Shown: positions 27,101 through 41,628 of the stretch, piece after piece
Position numbering within the stretch: the stretch's first letter is position 1
Layout of the letters: every line of letters begins with the position of its first letter
Origin: Anthoceros angustus
Lineage: Eukaryota; Plantae; Anthocerotophyta
Assembly: GCA_010909165.1 (NCBI GenBank)
Contig: MU008196.1
Span: 434,001 to 498,000 of the forward strand
DNA: 64,000 nt
Direction: 5' to 3'
Program-made: the position numbers and the translations under genes
The notes under the pieces: model-generated
The model's database searches: none
What the model was told of the DNA's origin: nothing
Seen by the model: the letters and a program-made list of their open reading frames with translations, nothing else

Positions 27101-28767
27101 GGAATCTAAGCAACAATCAACTTTGAATTTTCATGGATCAATATAGAGTAGAAAGCTTAAGAGTTGAAGAAGTAGTTTGATGCTTTAATTGGGGTTAGTA
27201 GCTAAGACATCAAAGATGATAACTATTGAATGCCACAATGGAAGGCTTTGCAAAGGGAACTCCTATTGCAATATTTACTACATAAACTTACCAATGACAA
27301 TGCTCATTTTTGTAGTTGTATACTACAAAAGCTCGGGCTACTAATAGTATACTAGTATTGGTTTCTCTTGTATTGGTTTCTTTCTCTTGGTTTCTCTTGC
27401 CAAAGCTCTAGTATTGGTTTCTCTTGTCAACTTGTAAATCAGACATGGACTGAAAGAACTAGGCTAGCCGCTTTGATCAATCCTACGTGTTTTTGTAGTT
27501 GTATACAAAAGCTCACCACTAGTATACTAGTATTGGTTTCTCTTGTATTGGTTTCTTTCTCTTGGTTTCTCTTGCCAAAGCTCTAGTATTGGTTTCTCTT
27601 GTCAACTTGTAACCGTATTGGCGGACCGCAAAGAACTAGGCTAGCCGCCTTGACTATCCCATTGCACGCCTTCAACGTTTTTTGTGCTCTCTCTCCCTCA
27701 TTGCTGTGGTGCCTCCCTCCTTGCCCAATAGTGCGGGAACCTTACGAAAAATCCATCTGCGACAAGTTTCAGGACGCCGACATGGCTCTGGGATGCACAC
27801 TTTGGGGCATTTCTTGTACTTGCAAACAACTGGACCATTGATTCGCAGACTCCTCAGAAACCTTTGGGGTAGACAAGAAAGGAGGTGGCTTGGATCGCTA
27901 GTCATGGATTTAGGGGGCCACCACCCGTTGAATGTGGATCTCGCTGAAGCCCCACAGTTGGTCATGCCATCCGAGATGCCATCGTCTACATCCAATTCCT
28001 CTCAAATACAGCCACCTCCTTTTTCAATGATCATGCAACAGGCGGTGGCTATGCAGCAATTTCAGTTCCAACAAGTTTTGCTAATGCAGCAAGTAATGGC
28101 GACACAGCAAGCTGCGGCTCGTGCTGCAAACATCAAGTCTGCTGCAGAGATGGCAGCTACACGGGCAGTGGAGATCAGCAAGCAACTCAAAGGCAGCAAT
28201 GTCGTGCAAGATCCAGTCACTAGCAACACTGCCACGGCAAGCCCTAACAGGTGGGTCTTGTTTTCTTGTATCATCAACCTTCCTTTGCTGGTTCATGGTG
28301 GTATATGTCATCCCGTGGCCTGCCTTGCAACATCATCTGTTGTTGCATTTATGGCGAGGTCTCTTTAGCCTGGTATCGGGAATGGTGGAAGAGACCTCTT
28401 ATGGGAATTGTTTCTTTTGATGTTCTTGGAACGTATCATTTTGGCCTTTTGTGTTGAATTTCTCTTGTTCGTACGTGTGCTAACTGGGCAGCTTTGAAGC
28501 CTGAATGGAGTTTTTGTCTACAATATCATATGTGATTGAGCGTTACAATGTATGGCTGGCCTTTAGCCTTGCAGCTATTTCAATTGGTGTAATGTTGTTG
28601 TACTAATCTTAAGGCATGTTAAGCAGGTCAAAGTCTCCATCTTGTTCCGGGTCTGCATCAGCATCAAAGTCTCGCTCCCCAATCCGATACCGACATGACA
28701 GGTCGGTTTCCAAATCGCCTATTCGCTATCGGCCTGATTGTGTGTCCCCGTCGCGCGTAAGGGATCA

Positions 28768-30646
28768 TTATGGGTATCGTAGGCGTGGATATTATAGAGG
28801 ACGTGGAGATTATTCTTGGAACCCGTATAGACGGGATTGGGATAGGGAAAGAGAGCGAGAGAAAGAATATTACCCTCGATCCACTAGCAGGAGTGGTCAG
28901 TGAAGAGTTAGAAGGAGATCCAGGACACGATTCCATTCTCCTTGGCATCGGAGAGAATTCACTTTATCACCTAGGCATAGGCATGATGACCTAAGGGGTA
29001 CTCGTATTCATAGGAGATCTAGATCCAAAGATCCTAAGGAGAGCCGTTCGAATAGTAGCAGGAGTGGCAACTGAAGTCTCTACAAGAAAGATTCCAGCAA
29101 AAGCCAAAAAGGGCAACGGGATTCAGCTTTAGGTGTCGAAGAATTGGATGACAAAGATCAAAAGAGAAAGCTTCCTTTGAGCTCTCATGGAGAAGAGGTC
29201 GAAGTTCACCCTAATATGAAAAAGCAGCCTTTAAAGAAAGATAGCAGGAAAAAGGAACTGCCTCTGTCCCCTATTCGTTCACTTTCCATATCTTTGAGTC
29301 CATCCAAAGGCTTGCATCCTACCTTGAATGGAGTCTCACCATCAAAGCTTGAAGACGGTAAAGATGATCTGGTTTGGGCAGGAGGGGAAGCATCCAGTGA
29401 TATGCTCAGCATCTCTGAAGTTCGAGTTGACAATAAGGAGCAGCAGTGCAGCTCGCCGATATTGACTGAAGAGTGCAAGACTTTCAAGGTCAGCTTGAGG
29501 TTGAAATTGCCTAACCAGGAATTGGCTAGTCGACAGAGCAGGATCTTCAGAAGGGTTGAGCGCCATGGCCGAGAAATAAATGTCTCAGCTTCTTATGAGA
29601 GTGATGATGATAATGTTGTGGATGATTGGCGGGATGACATGAAGGCTCATAAACATGAAAAATCCTGCCAAAGAGAGAGTAAAGAGCCTGCACAAAAGGC
29701 AGAAGAGTCAAAGCCAAGCTAGAAGGTCAATGTGCTATTATGGGTATCGAGGCGTGGATATTATAAAGGATGTGGATTATTCTTGGAACCCGTTAGGCGG
29801 ATTGGGATAGGGAAAGAGAGCGAGAGAAAGAATATTACCCTCGATCCCACCGGAGCAGGAGCAGAAGTCGTAGCAGAGTTAGAAGGAGATCCAGGACACG
29901 ATTCCATTCTCCTTGGCATCCGAGAGAATTCAATTTATCACCTAGGCATAGGCATGATGACCTACTCATATTCATAGGAGATCTAGATCCAAAGATCCTA
30001 AGGAGAGCCCTTCGATAGTAGCGGTGTGGCAAGTCTCTACAAGAAAGATTCCGGAAAGCCAAAAGGGCAACGGATTCAGCTTTAGGTGTCAAGAATTGGA
30101 TGACAAGATCAAAGAGAAAGCTTCCTTTGAGCTCTCATGGAGAGAGGTCAAGTTCACCCTAATATGAAAAAGCAGCCTTTAAAGAAAGATAGCAGGAAAA
30201 AGGAACTGCCTCTGTCCCCTATTCGTTCACTTTCCATATCTTTGAGTCCATCCAAAGGCTTGCATCCTACCTTGAATGGAGTCTCACCATCAAAGCTTGA
30301 AGACGATGATGCCCAGTTTGGGCGGGAGGAAGCATCTAATGATGTGCTTAGCATCTCAAGTTCAAGTTGACAATAAGGAGCGTAGCCGCCGATATTGACT
30401 GAAGAGTGCAAGACTTTCAAGGTCAGAGGTTGAAATTGCCTAACCAGGATTGGCTAGTCGAGCAGGATCTTGAGAAGGGTTGAGCGCCATGGTAGAAATG
30501 ATGTCTCGACTTCTTATGAGAGTGATGATGATAATGTTGTGGATGATTGGCGGGATGACATGAAGGCTCATGAACATGAAAAATCCTGTAGAGAGTAAAA
30601 GCCTACAAAGGCGTAAGAGTCAAAGCCAAGCTAGAAGGTCAATGTG
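28768..30646. repeat. Tandem ~0.95-kb duplication inside the RS-rich gene
   Basis: 28768-29734 is repeated at 29736-30646 with many 1-3 bp deletions. Confidence 0.88.
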
Positions 30647-30699
30647 TATGTAGCTCCGTTGGGTTATGGGTCTATAACCATGCCATGCTACAAGGCATA

Positions 30700-32490
30700 G
30701 TACTTTGGATCAGTCTATGGGGCCAGCAAAAGGTATGAAGAGGAGGAAGATGATGAGGCATTGCTCAAAAGTTTGTTTATTTTCTACTTGGAGATAGTGA
30801 GAAGGAAGCTGGCCTGGTAACCAGTGAGGTTGAGTATGATGTGGCGATCGATGATAGAAATATTCATCCACATAGTGGACAAGGAGGAGTCGGGGAACAG
30901 CAGGTGGAATAACACCATCAAAGTCCTAGCGATGATGGTGTAGCAGCATGAGGACAAGAAGGAAAGAATGAATCTGTTTTTGAGGGTCCTAAGCCCCCAT
31001 GTGTGGCACATGATGTCACACAGTCAGAACTGGAAAAGGATAGAAAGAATGAAGATCATGTGAAGGGCAAGTTTCTGGACTCGGAAATTGGTCACAATAG
31101 AGATTCAAGGCGGAAACAACATAGAAACGTGATGGAGGATGGTCATGGGCAAAAGATAAAAGGGATGTCTAGATCCAAGGATGAGAAAAAGCAGAAGGAA
31201 GATGTTGATGAGAGGAAGGAACGTCACAGGAAACATAAGAGGAAAAATAGAAAGGCGAGGGATGGGGATGATGAAGAAGATATGGACAAGTGTGATGGTC
31301 GGAAGGAAAAAAAACGTCATAGGAAAAAGCACAAGAGGGAAGAAGATGACTTTAGGAGAGATCGGACGAAAAAAAAGTACAAGCATCGCACCAAATTTGC
31401 ATCCAATTTGCCAGGAAAATCTCCGATTTTCAGTACAGGTGAAGCAGGAGATACACAAGTTAGTCTTGTACCGCACAACAAAGGCCCAGGCCGACATAAG
31501 AAAAGGAGGAGAGTTGGTTTGAAGTCCCTTCCTGGAAGTGCCAGTCCCATTGAATGACTAGGCTGCATTCTCCAGAAGATCCAGCATCTACTTTGGATCA
31601 GTCTATGGGGCTGGCAAAAAGGTATGAAGAGGAGGAAGATGATGAGGCATTGCTCAAAAAGTTTGTTTCATTTCCTTTGCTTGGAGATAGTGAGAAGGAA
31701 GCTGGCCTGGTAACCAGTGAGGTTGAGTATGATGTGGCGATCGATGATAGAAATATTCATCCACATAGTGGACAAGGAGGAGTCGTGGGGAACATTGTAG
31801 CAGGGAATAACACTATCAAAGTCCTAGCGACTGGTGGTGTAGCAAAGCATGAGGACAAGGACGAAACGAATGAATCTGTTTTTGAGGGTCCTAAGCCCCC
31901 ATGTGTGGCACATGATGTCACACAGTCAGAACTGGAAAAGGATAGAAAGAATGAAGATCATGTGAAGGGCAAGTTTCTGGACTCGGAAATTGGTCACAAT
32001 AGAGATTCAAGGCGGAGACAACATAGAAACGTGATGGAGGATGGTCATGGGCAAAAGATAAAAGGGATGTCTAGATCCAAGGATGAGAAAAAGCAGAAGG
32101 AAGATGTTGATGAGAGGAAGGAACGTCACAGGAAACATAAGAGGAAAAATAGAAAGGCGAGGGATGGGGATGATGAAGAAGATATGGACAAGTGTGATGG
32201 TCGGAAGGAAAAAAAACGTCATAGGAAAAAGCACAAGAGGGAAGAAGATGACTTTAGGAGAGATCGGACGAAAAAAAAGTACAAGCATCGCACCAAATTT
32301 GCATCCAATTTGCCAGGAAAATCTCCGATCTTGATCTGAAGCAGGAGATACACAAGTTAGTCTTGTACCGCACAACAAAGGCCCAGGCCGACATAAGAAA
32401 AGGAGGAGAGTTGGTTTGAAGTCCCTTCCTGGAAGTGCCAGTCCCATTGAATGACTAGGCTGCATTCTCCAGAAGATCCAGCATCTACTT
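30700..32490. repeat. Tandem ~0.9-kb duplication inside the RS-rich gene
   Basis: ORFs 31003-31557 and 31554-32339 share a near-identical AHDVTQSELEKDRK...GKSPI block. Confidence 0.9.
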
Positions 32491-34391
32491 TCTTTGGATT
32501 TGGTGCTAGCCATTTGTTAAAATTAGAATACAACGGTGTAGCCAGATCCTCTTATTTGCATGGCCGCATGTTGTCCTGGTTGTTCAAGAAGTTGATTTGT
32601 GTCCTCCTCTGTGACCTGATTCCAGTCACACACCTTGGGATGTTTGGTTGGCTTAGGTCCATCATTTTCTGTGGGCCGTTGTTTTGCAGGGTAAACTGAG
32701 TTTGTTGCAAGGCTCATGTGTCATCTGTCAACATGACTTGTTCAATCATCATTCTTAGGTAGTTCTGGACTGTCCCCATTAACGTATTATGTCCACAAAC
32801 ATCGGTTTAACAAAAATCATGTAAATGGAGTTTCTCCTTTGATCACAAGGATGAGGTTGCTTATGATTGCACAGTTTGACAATTTGATTTTGATTGTTCA
32901 TGATTATTCAATTTTTTGCTTTTGGACTGGGCCTCTTATGATACCAAATTATCTGTAATTCATGAGGTTAATCTGCATTGATGTTGGACACGGTTGGAGT
33001 ATGTTGGAGGTGGGTTTGTGGTGGGTGGGGAGTGGTAGTAGGTGGATGAATTTGGTATAGGGGTTGTGGGAGGTTTCTCTTAGGGGCATGGTTTGCATGT
33101 GAGCAGCACATTTGGGAAGCCAAGGCAAGAAAGACGCTTTGAAAATTGGGGTAAGCATGTCATGTATGGGCCAATGGGTGGACAATCAATTATTGTGCTT
33201 CATTTTGGATTGAGACTGTCTTGCTTTTGTTTCAAAACACGAATGGGCTTGGTTGCAGTGTTCGTTTGTGCCATATCAACTTGTAGAACATATCGTACAT
33301 ACAGGATTGAAGCCAGAAAATGATCTTTTCATGTAAAGTTAGAAGTTGGCTGTTGCCTGTCTGCATTGCTGTTGTGAGGATTCAAGAGAAGTAGGGAGTG
33401 ATTGTCAAATGGATCAATTGACTGGCCAATAACGCCCATGTTGTAACATTGACCTCATAGGAAAGTCCAACATATGTGATTACGATGTAAAACCCTTCCC
33501 ACTATTTTTATGGACGTTCTAACCATATTCATTTGGGATAGGCGCAACAATAATAGCTCTTGGAGTCGAGGCGGAAGTACCCCAGCGATTTGTGTATCCC
33601 AAATTCTATTTGACCGAGATTCAGGCTTCATTGCTTAAGTTGGAGTATGTCTTCCATTAGTTGTATCGTCTCCACTTTTCCATTGTCTCCCTTGTTTGCC
33701 ATGAATAATTAACTCCAAATGGACCGACCATGTTTTTTGAAAGAAATGGATTTCATGTTTCTTTTCTTTTTTGAGAGAGAAGATTTATTAAAAAAAATAC
33801 GATGTAGCCGTTTCATTTCTCATCGTTGGAGATCAGCATTGACCGAAACATATGTGTGAAGTATGAGATATGAACGCATTGCCTTTTGTACAATCCCTCC
33901 TCAACTAGATTATGGAGTCCACAACAAGAAATCTCCCCGTCCACTGGAGACTAGAGCTAACCTCCATGCTTTGGTATGCCAACTCCTCATCCTCGTCCAC
34001 GCTATAGACAGCGATTGCTCTCCCCTTGCACTCCACCGATATGTCGCCTACCTACACCATGACTAACATATCTCAAATGCCCTTGCTTTGCTGGCTAACC
34101 CTGCCCGGTCCAGAAGGTGACAATCACTTCACGGTGATGGACACTCCCTCACACCACCCTCCATCTTTTCTCTTACACATATATCAAGCCCCAACCTCGT
34201 TGTAATAAGTCCTCCATCTCATGCCAATCATTAACCCATTCATCATCATCTTGTTCATCTCCCCTGCCTATCCTCTGTCTCTAGCTAACATGTGACTAAC
34301 AGCTTTGCACAAATTTGTTGAAGTTTGCATACTGTTTTGAGCCTTGCAAGTTAAAAGTTTAGTCGGCAAGATTTCTTCACTACCCAGTAGC

Positions 34392-36487
34392 CGCTATCTA
34401 TAGTCTCCGCCTCATCAAAAACCACATCTCTACTTATGATGATGCGCCTAGATGCCTTATCATACAATCTATAGGCCTTTCTATCAATATCATAGCCCAC
34501 AAAAATGCACTCCAATGCCTTCCTCTTGAGCTTGCTCTGACTTCTTTGGGTTTATGTGCAAAGGCTCTACACCCAAACACATGCAAGTGAGCAATAGAAG
34601 GCTTCTTCCCTAACCAGCATTCCTCCGGTTTCATATCCTCTAGTGATGCACTTGCACTTCTATTAGTTAGGTAGACATCAGTTGCAATGGCTTCCCCCGA
34701 AAACTCATAGCCCAATTGTTGATGATGAAGCATGCCCCTAGCACATTCTACCAAAGTTCTATTTTTGCTTTCCGCAACTGCATTTTGCTGAGGAGTGTAA
34801 GGGGCCGAAAATTGTTGCATGATTCCATGCTCCTCGCAAAACGTTTCGAAATCCTTGGATATATACTCACCTCCATTGTCACTCCTTAAAACTTTTATCT
34901 TTCTACCAATTTGATTCTCCACAAGTGCTTTATACTTGAACTTCGACAAGCAGGCATCCTTGGATTTGAGGAAGTAAACCTTGGTATACCTTGACTTGTC
35001 ATCTGTGAAAGTCACTCCAGCTTCCTCAAATCCCACTCTCAACCCTTGAGAGGTAGCCGCGCTAACGGAGAAGAGGTTTTTGCTCAAGCCTGACACATAG
35101 AGGACTTTCTTTAACATCCCACAAATAGGCCCTTTAGGAGTGGTCATGGTTAGAAATACAACTCCTTCTCCTTCACATTTTTTAGCCGAATTATCACCCA
35201 AGTAAATGTTAGTTGCAGGAGTGGGTTTGAAAGAGTGAAACCATTCACGCCTATTGGTCATATGCTCCGAAGCTGCTGAATCGATATACCACCTGTCAGC
35301 TTCATTTGAGTGGTGATGTGTACTCACAAAGGCCTCATCAAAGTCTTCAGCATAGTTGCTTTGAGGTCTTGCTTTCTCGTCCCTTTTCTTCTTGAAACAG
35401 TTCCTCGCAATGTGTCCAACCTTGCCACAATAGTTGCAAGTTATGGTGGACCTTCTATATCCTCCTACAGATTGAGAAGGACCTTCCCCTAGCTTGATGG
35501 AACTTGAGTGTTCTTCCTGAGGCTTTTTGGCCACAAAAGCTGATTCCTCGATATCTTCCCTTTTCTCTTTTTTGTCTCTTCATGTAAGAGTCTGCTCACA
35601 AGAATCTCAAAAGTCAAAGTCTCTATTCTTGACCCAAAGCCACGATCAAGTTGTTGTATGACTGAAGACTTGCAAGAAGAGTCATCACCAAGTCATCATC
35701 GACACAGGGCTCCAACAGCTGCTAATTGTTGTGACAAACTCCTCACTTTGTCTACATGCTCAATGACACCGCTATTCCCACCCATATGAAGAGTGAAGAA
35801 CCTTCTCCTCAAAACAAGCGTTCTAAGGCTCTTGTTCTCATACAGCGCCTCCAGCTTTTGCCAAGCTTCCCTTGCGACTAGTCTTACAAGAAGTCACATG
35901 CATTAGTTGTGCATCTTCCAAATTGAAACAAATGGCTGCAAAAGCTTTGCCTGCATTCTCGTCCCACTTGGATTGTTGCTCCACTTCTATAGGGCGTTGC
36001 TCAGTTCCTGACACTATCCCCCACAAGCCTTTCTCGGCCAACAGCATTTGGATCTTGAACTTCCACAAGTTGAAGTTGTTACCACCAAATTTGGAAATGA
36101 CTTGTAGTGTCACCATGCCTTGGGTGTGTGGGTCCATAACCTGTTGAGATTGGAAGCTAGCCATGCTTCAAGAGGGTCAGAAGTGTCAAGAAAGCAAGTG
36201 TTCAGAATTGCAAAACTAAGACCACCTAAACGAGGCCTTAAAACACAAATGAAGAGCAACTTTGAGCAAACAACACAAAGACAATAGTCAAAGAGCTGAA
36301 ACTGCTATACCTAGCTGGTCTCACCCCTTTTTAAACCCTAAAAAGTGTCACTCGCATTTTCTACTCAATATGCGGTATATGTTTCTCATTTACCCACTTC
36401 TATATACTTATAGTAAGCTCAATCACCTACATCTTTTACGCATAGTCATATCCATCTTAACAAACTCAGTAAGCTGCATCCTCAACA
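34392..36487 (-). mobile_element. Ty1/copia element D (family 1), 5' half only
   Basis: LTR 36142-36487, PBS, gag, protease and integrase (ORF 34434-35534). An in-frame deletion fuses AGVTFT to DDKSRYTK. Truncated after integrase. Confidence 0.92.
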
Positions 36488-36506
36488 ACGGGCATCTTGC
36501 AAAGTT

Positions 36507-36788
36507 ATGGCGGTGAACATCACTGATTTGGAAACATCGGTCCTCACCTCCATTCTTCTTCCGCTAGAGCCATTTGATCTGGCGGCAATGGCGTCAACCT
36601 CCTCTCTTTTCTTTGTGCTTGCCCATGACAACATTTTTTCGTCAACGTACTTCGAACAACATGGCAATTTTCAGTGCAAGGAGTGTGGGCAACTATGGTC
36701 AGATCTAGTTTATCTGCAGTGGCACCTTGCAAAACATGTGGATGATTCATTCCATAATGTTATACCAGAACGTAGTTTGTATTGGTAG
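36507..36788 (+). pseudogene. Degenerate ORF with a C2H2 zinc finger
   Basis: FQCKECGQLWSDLVYLQWHLAKH fits C-x2-C-x12-H-x3-H. Cys-rich, stop-ridden sequence continues downstream. Confidence 0.5.
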
Positions 36789-39689
36789 ACACTTAGACGC
36801 TGTACCAAAAGTGCTACGATGAGATGCAAACACCATGACCAGCCATATGCTTCGAGACTTGGGACCTGGTTCTTGTATCAACTTCAATTGTACTGACTGT
36901 GAGAATGGGACAACCAGCGACACAACTGTTGCTTGCTTTGTGTAAATTGTCGCCACGAAGCAGTAACAAATATCAACCTACAGCAACTAGACATATGCGA
37001 ATAGTATAGTGTGACCACCACAATTGATATATGAGGGGAGCTGTCCAGGGACGCCTGAGGGTCATGTAAAACTAATGGACGCTTTGCAATCATCACTGCC
37101 AGTGCACCAGAGTCGACAGTAGATTAGGCTCACTCTTTTTAGGATGAACTGCGAGGAAGCTAGGATTGGGTGACACCCACTCTAGGTACCCAGCCCGAGA
37201 TACTTGTTGGAACATAGGAAGGGAATTCCTTCTCTTGCAGGCCATCCAATGGGAGAATAAGCAAACCGTATATACATAATGGAGACAAACAAGGTGGGCA
37301 GGCACTGAGAGAAGCGGCGGACGCTCACAGTCTGGAACACTTGCCCATCACACACAATGATCTTGCTTGCGTACTGAAGCTAGCCCGGAAACACGTCCAC
37401 AAGGCCCCATTGTGTGTTCATGAGCTGGAAATCTTGCAAAGTCGACTGGGGAAACAGGAGGGAATGACCCATACATTGATGTGTTGGAACATCTGTTAAA
37501 ATCCATGGATGAGGTGTTTCACATGCTCCTGGGGATTCCTTATGAGCCTTGCCCTTGGTGAGCATGTTGCATTGGAAATCAAGCATTAAAGATGTTTAGT
37601 TCAATACTATTTTTGGTCTTGCTAGTACTTCGCAACTTGTAAGAGCTAGGACATTGTTAAGCATGTGACAGTACTTTATAACACTAGGAGAACCCAATGC
37701 CTCCAACATTATTTCATGTGTTGGCTATACTGTCCGAGAATAGTCAATAGAACTTGTGTATAGATGATGACTCTTTGTTTCTGATACTTAAATAAGTATA
37801 CGAGCATCCGATGGGATGAGTGCACATCAAATAACTATCATTTTCAGTTCTCAAGGATCCCACGTCCATGATGCTTGAGAAGGCTATTTGGCCGTTGAAC
37901 ATATAGGTAAAGATTTTTCTCTGCAGAAGTTACGTGTATGACAATGGGCTAGTACCATAATACCCTGCCAAGGTCAGAACAAGGGCAACACACTTGCTCT
38001 CCACGATGGAAGGGATGTTATAAAGGTGCACGAGTTCCTAAGAGACACTCTATAAATAGTGCCAATAGGACATTGCAAGAGGAGCTGGATACTTTGGACA
38101 AGACAGCCAGATTTAAGAATGTGTCAGTAATGACAAAAGGTAGAAAACTTAGGCCTCAATCTGAGTAATGGCCACCAAGAAATAGGTGGTCACCAAAAAA
38201 ATGGAGGGTACCAGCTTTCTTGATAATCAGAGTTGAAATGAGACGACGAGACCTTACAGGTCTAACAAGTAAACAGCCTAACACAACTGCCACACCCCTA
38301 GCTTTTCACGGGCATTGATTCTGTGTGATTTCCTCATCCACATAGACGGGGAATCCTTCATAATCCCAAATTGTAAATCACTACAACATTTTTCCTAATC
38401 ACGATTGCTTCAGAGTGTAATGATATGATATCATTTTCTCATGAAAGGGTATATATAGTTGAGAAAAGGCCGAGAAGCTGGGCTTTAGTATGAAAATCGA
38501 TACTAGAAGCAAGGGCGGGAGAGGACCATGGCTTGGAGACTCCACTATTGCAGACCTCGCCTGAATCCTATTCATCACGGAGTTGTAATGGATCTGGAGC
38601 TTGAGGATGAGGTGCTTGCACCTCAAGACAGGCAAGACGTAGCAACCAGAGCATCCAGGCTGAGGGCGTGGCTTCCATTATTTGTCCCGTACGCGGATGC
38701 GCATCACTTTTTTTTGAAACGCTCATTAAATACAAGAATCTTCAACTTCACTTGACTAGGGAGTTGTCCCACAATGGTGTCACGGCAGCCTGCGGTGATG
38801 GAAGCTTGGATGAACTTCATACCTCAGAGAGGAATTTATTATAAGAATGAAATAAAGACTTGACTTTGAATACGCTCTTTTGGTCAAAAAAAGACAGGAG
38901 TAGCATTTTTGAAAATCACCATCCATGAAGAGAATCAAGGTCTTGCTCAGAGGATTTTATGCATTAATACTCATAATAGAAAGTACATAGAGTTTATGTG
39001 AAGTAGGTGGTTAGAGGTTGGTGTAACCAATTAACCAATTAAATAAAGAATGAAAATACTTCTAGCCCTAAGAATTAAAAAATATTAATTTTAGAGATTA
39101 AAAGGTGCCCTAATAAATTGTGCCCTATTATATAATGTATTTCATCACTCCCACTCACTATGAAATAGGGGTGAAGAATAGCTATTTAATAAGCCTAATA
39201 TCACTTAGTAACTCCCACTAGATTGTGAGTTAAATGATATGAAAAGATAATCCAACTTAAGTCATAAATAAATGGATTAATCAAATAAAGAAAATATGTC
39301 TAAATAACACCAAAGGAAAATGTCCAAATACACCATATATGCATAAAGACAAAAACGGGTATTTCAGCTGCTGAAAATAAGGGATAATGCTGGATTTCCA
39401 CACCCAAACACAAGCCTGTCAGGAAACAAGTCGATGTCGACTCGTATGACAAGTTCTGGTTGGTGCAGGGGAGAGCCTTGGCTCACTTGAAGAATGCTCG
39501 CAACACTGGAAAGATTGCTGGAGAATTGCTCGCAACACTGGAAAGATTGCCGCCAACTAAAGACTGCTATCCGAATTGGGGTCACTATCATGCACAATGA
39601 CCTCATGGATGTGGTATGGCAAATAAAGAGCAATTGCCCGCATGTGATCCTAGGTATTACTGCAGTCATAAGCACAGCACTCTGTTCCA

Positions 39690-40845
39690 ATCGAAAGTAT
39701 CTTAAATGAAACATGTCAGTAAGGCAGTAAAATTGCCTTGGCCATCCCACGATATGCTTGCCTGTCTTCATCTTGTGAAATTGGGCAAACCACTCCTTGC
39801 CCAGAAACATGGTGGAGGGAACCTGCCACTCCCCATATAAAACATACCGACTAGCCACAGGCCAATCGTCAAACACGGTGTGCATAAACAGATGGTCCAG
39901 CTTCCGATTTGCACCCTCACAATAGGCCGTCCAAGCCAAGGGCAACTTCTTATGCCCTCTCCTCTGCAGCTCATACAAATCCCAGTGCTTTGTAGGATAG
40001 AATTCAATCGCACACCTGCCATGATACCCTTCAATTCGCATGAGGAACTTGGTCAAATCAGCATGGCACTCCGGCACTCCGGCATCTCTAGCTTGTACTT
40101 GCGCTGAAAGGGCTCTTGCCACTTCTCTGCCCGCTCATCGTCCAGGATTTGAGGACACCCCCTAGCCCGTTCATCTCCAGAAACACAAAGATGGCAGGCC
40201 TTCCTGCTAGCGGTGCTATCCTCCTTCACCACGACATCCCGAGGCCAACCAGGCCTTCTTCAAGACATGGCGTGAAACCACGAAAGTATCTTAAATGAAA
40301 CATGTCAAGAAGGCAGTAAAATTGCCTTGGCCATCCACGATATGCTTGCTGTCTTCATCTTGTGAAATTGGGCAAACCACTCCTTGCCGAAACATGGTGG
40401 AGGAACACCCTCCCCATATAAAACATACCGACTAGCCACGGGCCAATCGTCAAACACGGTGCATAAGCAGATGGTCCAACTTCCGATTTGCACCCTCACA
40501 ATAGGCCGTCCAAGCCAAGGCAACTTCTGCCCTCTCCTCTGCAGCTCATACAAATCCCGGTGCTTTGTAGGATAGAATTCAATCGCCATGATACCCTTCA
40601 ATTCGCATGAGGAACTTGGTCAAATCAGCATGGCACTCCGGCACTCCGGCATCTCTAGCTTGTACTTGCTTGAAAGGGCTCTTGCCACTTCTCGCCCGCT
40701 CATCGTCGAGATTTGAGGACACCCCCTAGCGTTCATCTCCGAAACACAAAGATGGCAGGCCTTCCTGCTAGCGGTGCTATCCTCCTTCACCACGACATCC
40801 CGAGGCCAACCAGGCCTTCTTCAAGACATGGCGTGAAACCACGAA
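39690..40845 (-). pseudogene. Unknown-function ORF (paralog of 50286-51047), duplicated in tandem
   Basis: ORF 39364-40122 aligns by eye with the ORF at 50286-51047. 39690-40285 is repeated at 40283-40845 with indels. Confidence 0.7.
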
Positions 40846-41628
40846 AAGCCGGTCACCACCTACGGAAATGATAAGAAAAACAGCACCAAACAGTTTTCAC
40901 TTCCGACCACATTCCCAGATGCTGGGAACCTGGTCACAAGTGAAAGCGCGGCAGCCCTTGCATGCCACCAGGCACCTCCAGCTCACATGAGATGAAAACA
41001 TCTGATCAAGACACTGGAAACCCGCCCGCTTGCTCGCTCAAATCCAGAAACCAAAGATGGTGGATGCAGCCCCTACAGCCATGAGTCCAAATGCCTTGGC
41101 AAGCATGCACCACACAAAAAAAACGAAAGCAAACTCCTCTGTCCAGAAGCAAACTTACAGCCCCGGGCTGCTAGCTCACCATCTTGCGATGAGAGTTAGA
41201 GAAAATCAGCAGCATGCATGCAACTTGGCACCCTGTGTGCTGCACACACAAATTCTGCCGCGAAGAGTAAGCAACCTGAGCCTGCAAGCCCATAGCTTTG
41301 AGCTTATGCTCCCCTTAAGATGAAAGAAAATCGCCGACGTGCACACCAGCTCAACCACAAATTGCCAACAGACAGCAACCTGGCTTGCTTGGAAACACGT
41401 GAATCAACCTGGAGAGACACTCCCTCATGAGCTGCTTCCAACCTCCACACACGACCAACCTCGCCTATGCTCCCGCGAAGTGGCTGCTTGAATCTCATTG
41501 GGAAACCGAAATTCCAACTCTAGACATTTCAGATGTACTTCACACGTGTCTGCACAGCTGAAACTTATGCTCCTTGCTTCACAACACCTCTACTTGTGCC
41601 CACTCATGGCTCTCGAGCAGCTGCCCGG

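Larger units (their letters stand above)
27700..32490 (+). pseudogene. RRM / RS-rich splicing-factor-like gene, 5'-damaged, with duplicated segments
   Basis: RRM C-terminal remnant MDLGGHHPLNVDLA, then MQQAVAMQQFQFQQVLLMQQVMATQQAAARAANIKSAAEMAATRAVEISKQL (recalled as a conserved block of plant AT3G23900-like proteins). Intron donor after ~28250, RS repeats from ~28627 (SRSKSP, RSPIRYR), then a K/R/D-rich C-terminus. Confidence 0.6.

Noticed and set aside
24400-27300. AT-rich region with short ORFs as a gene or transposase
   Set aside because: No motif could be recognised with confidence; probably very old TE debris.
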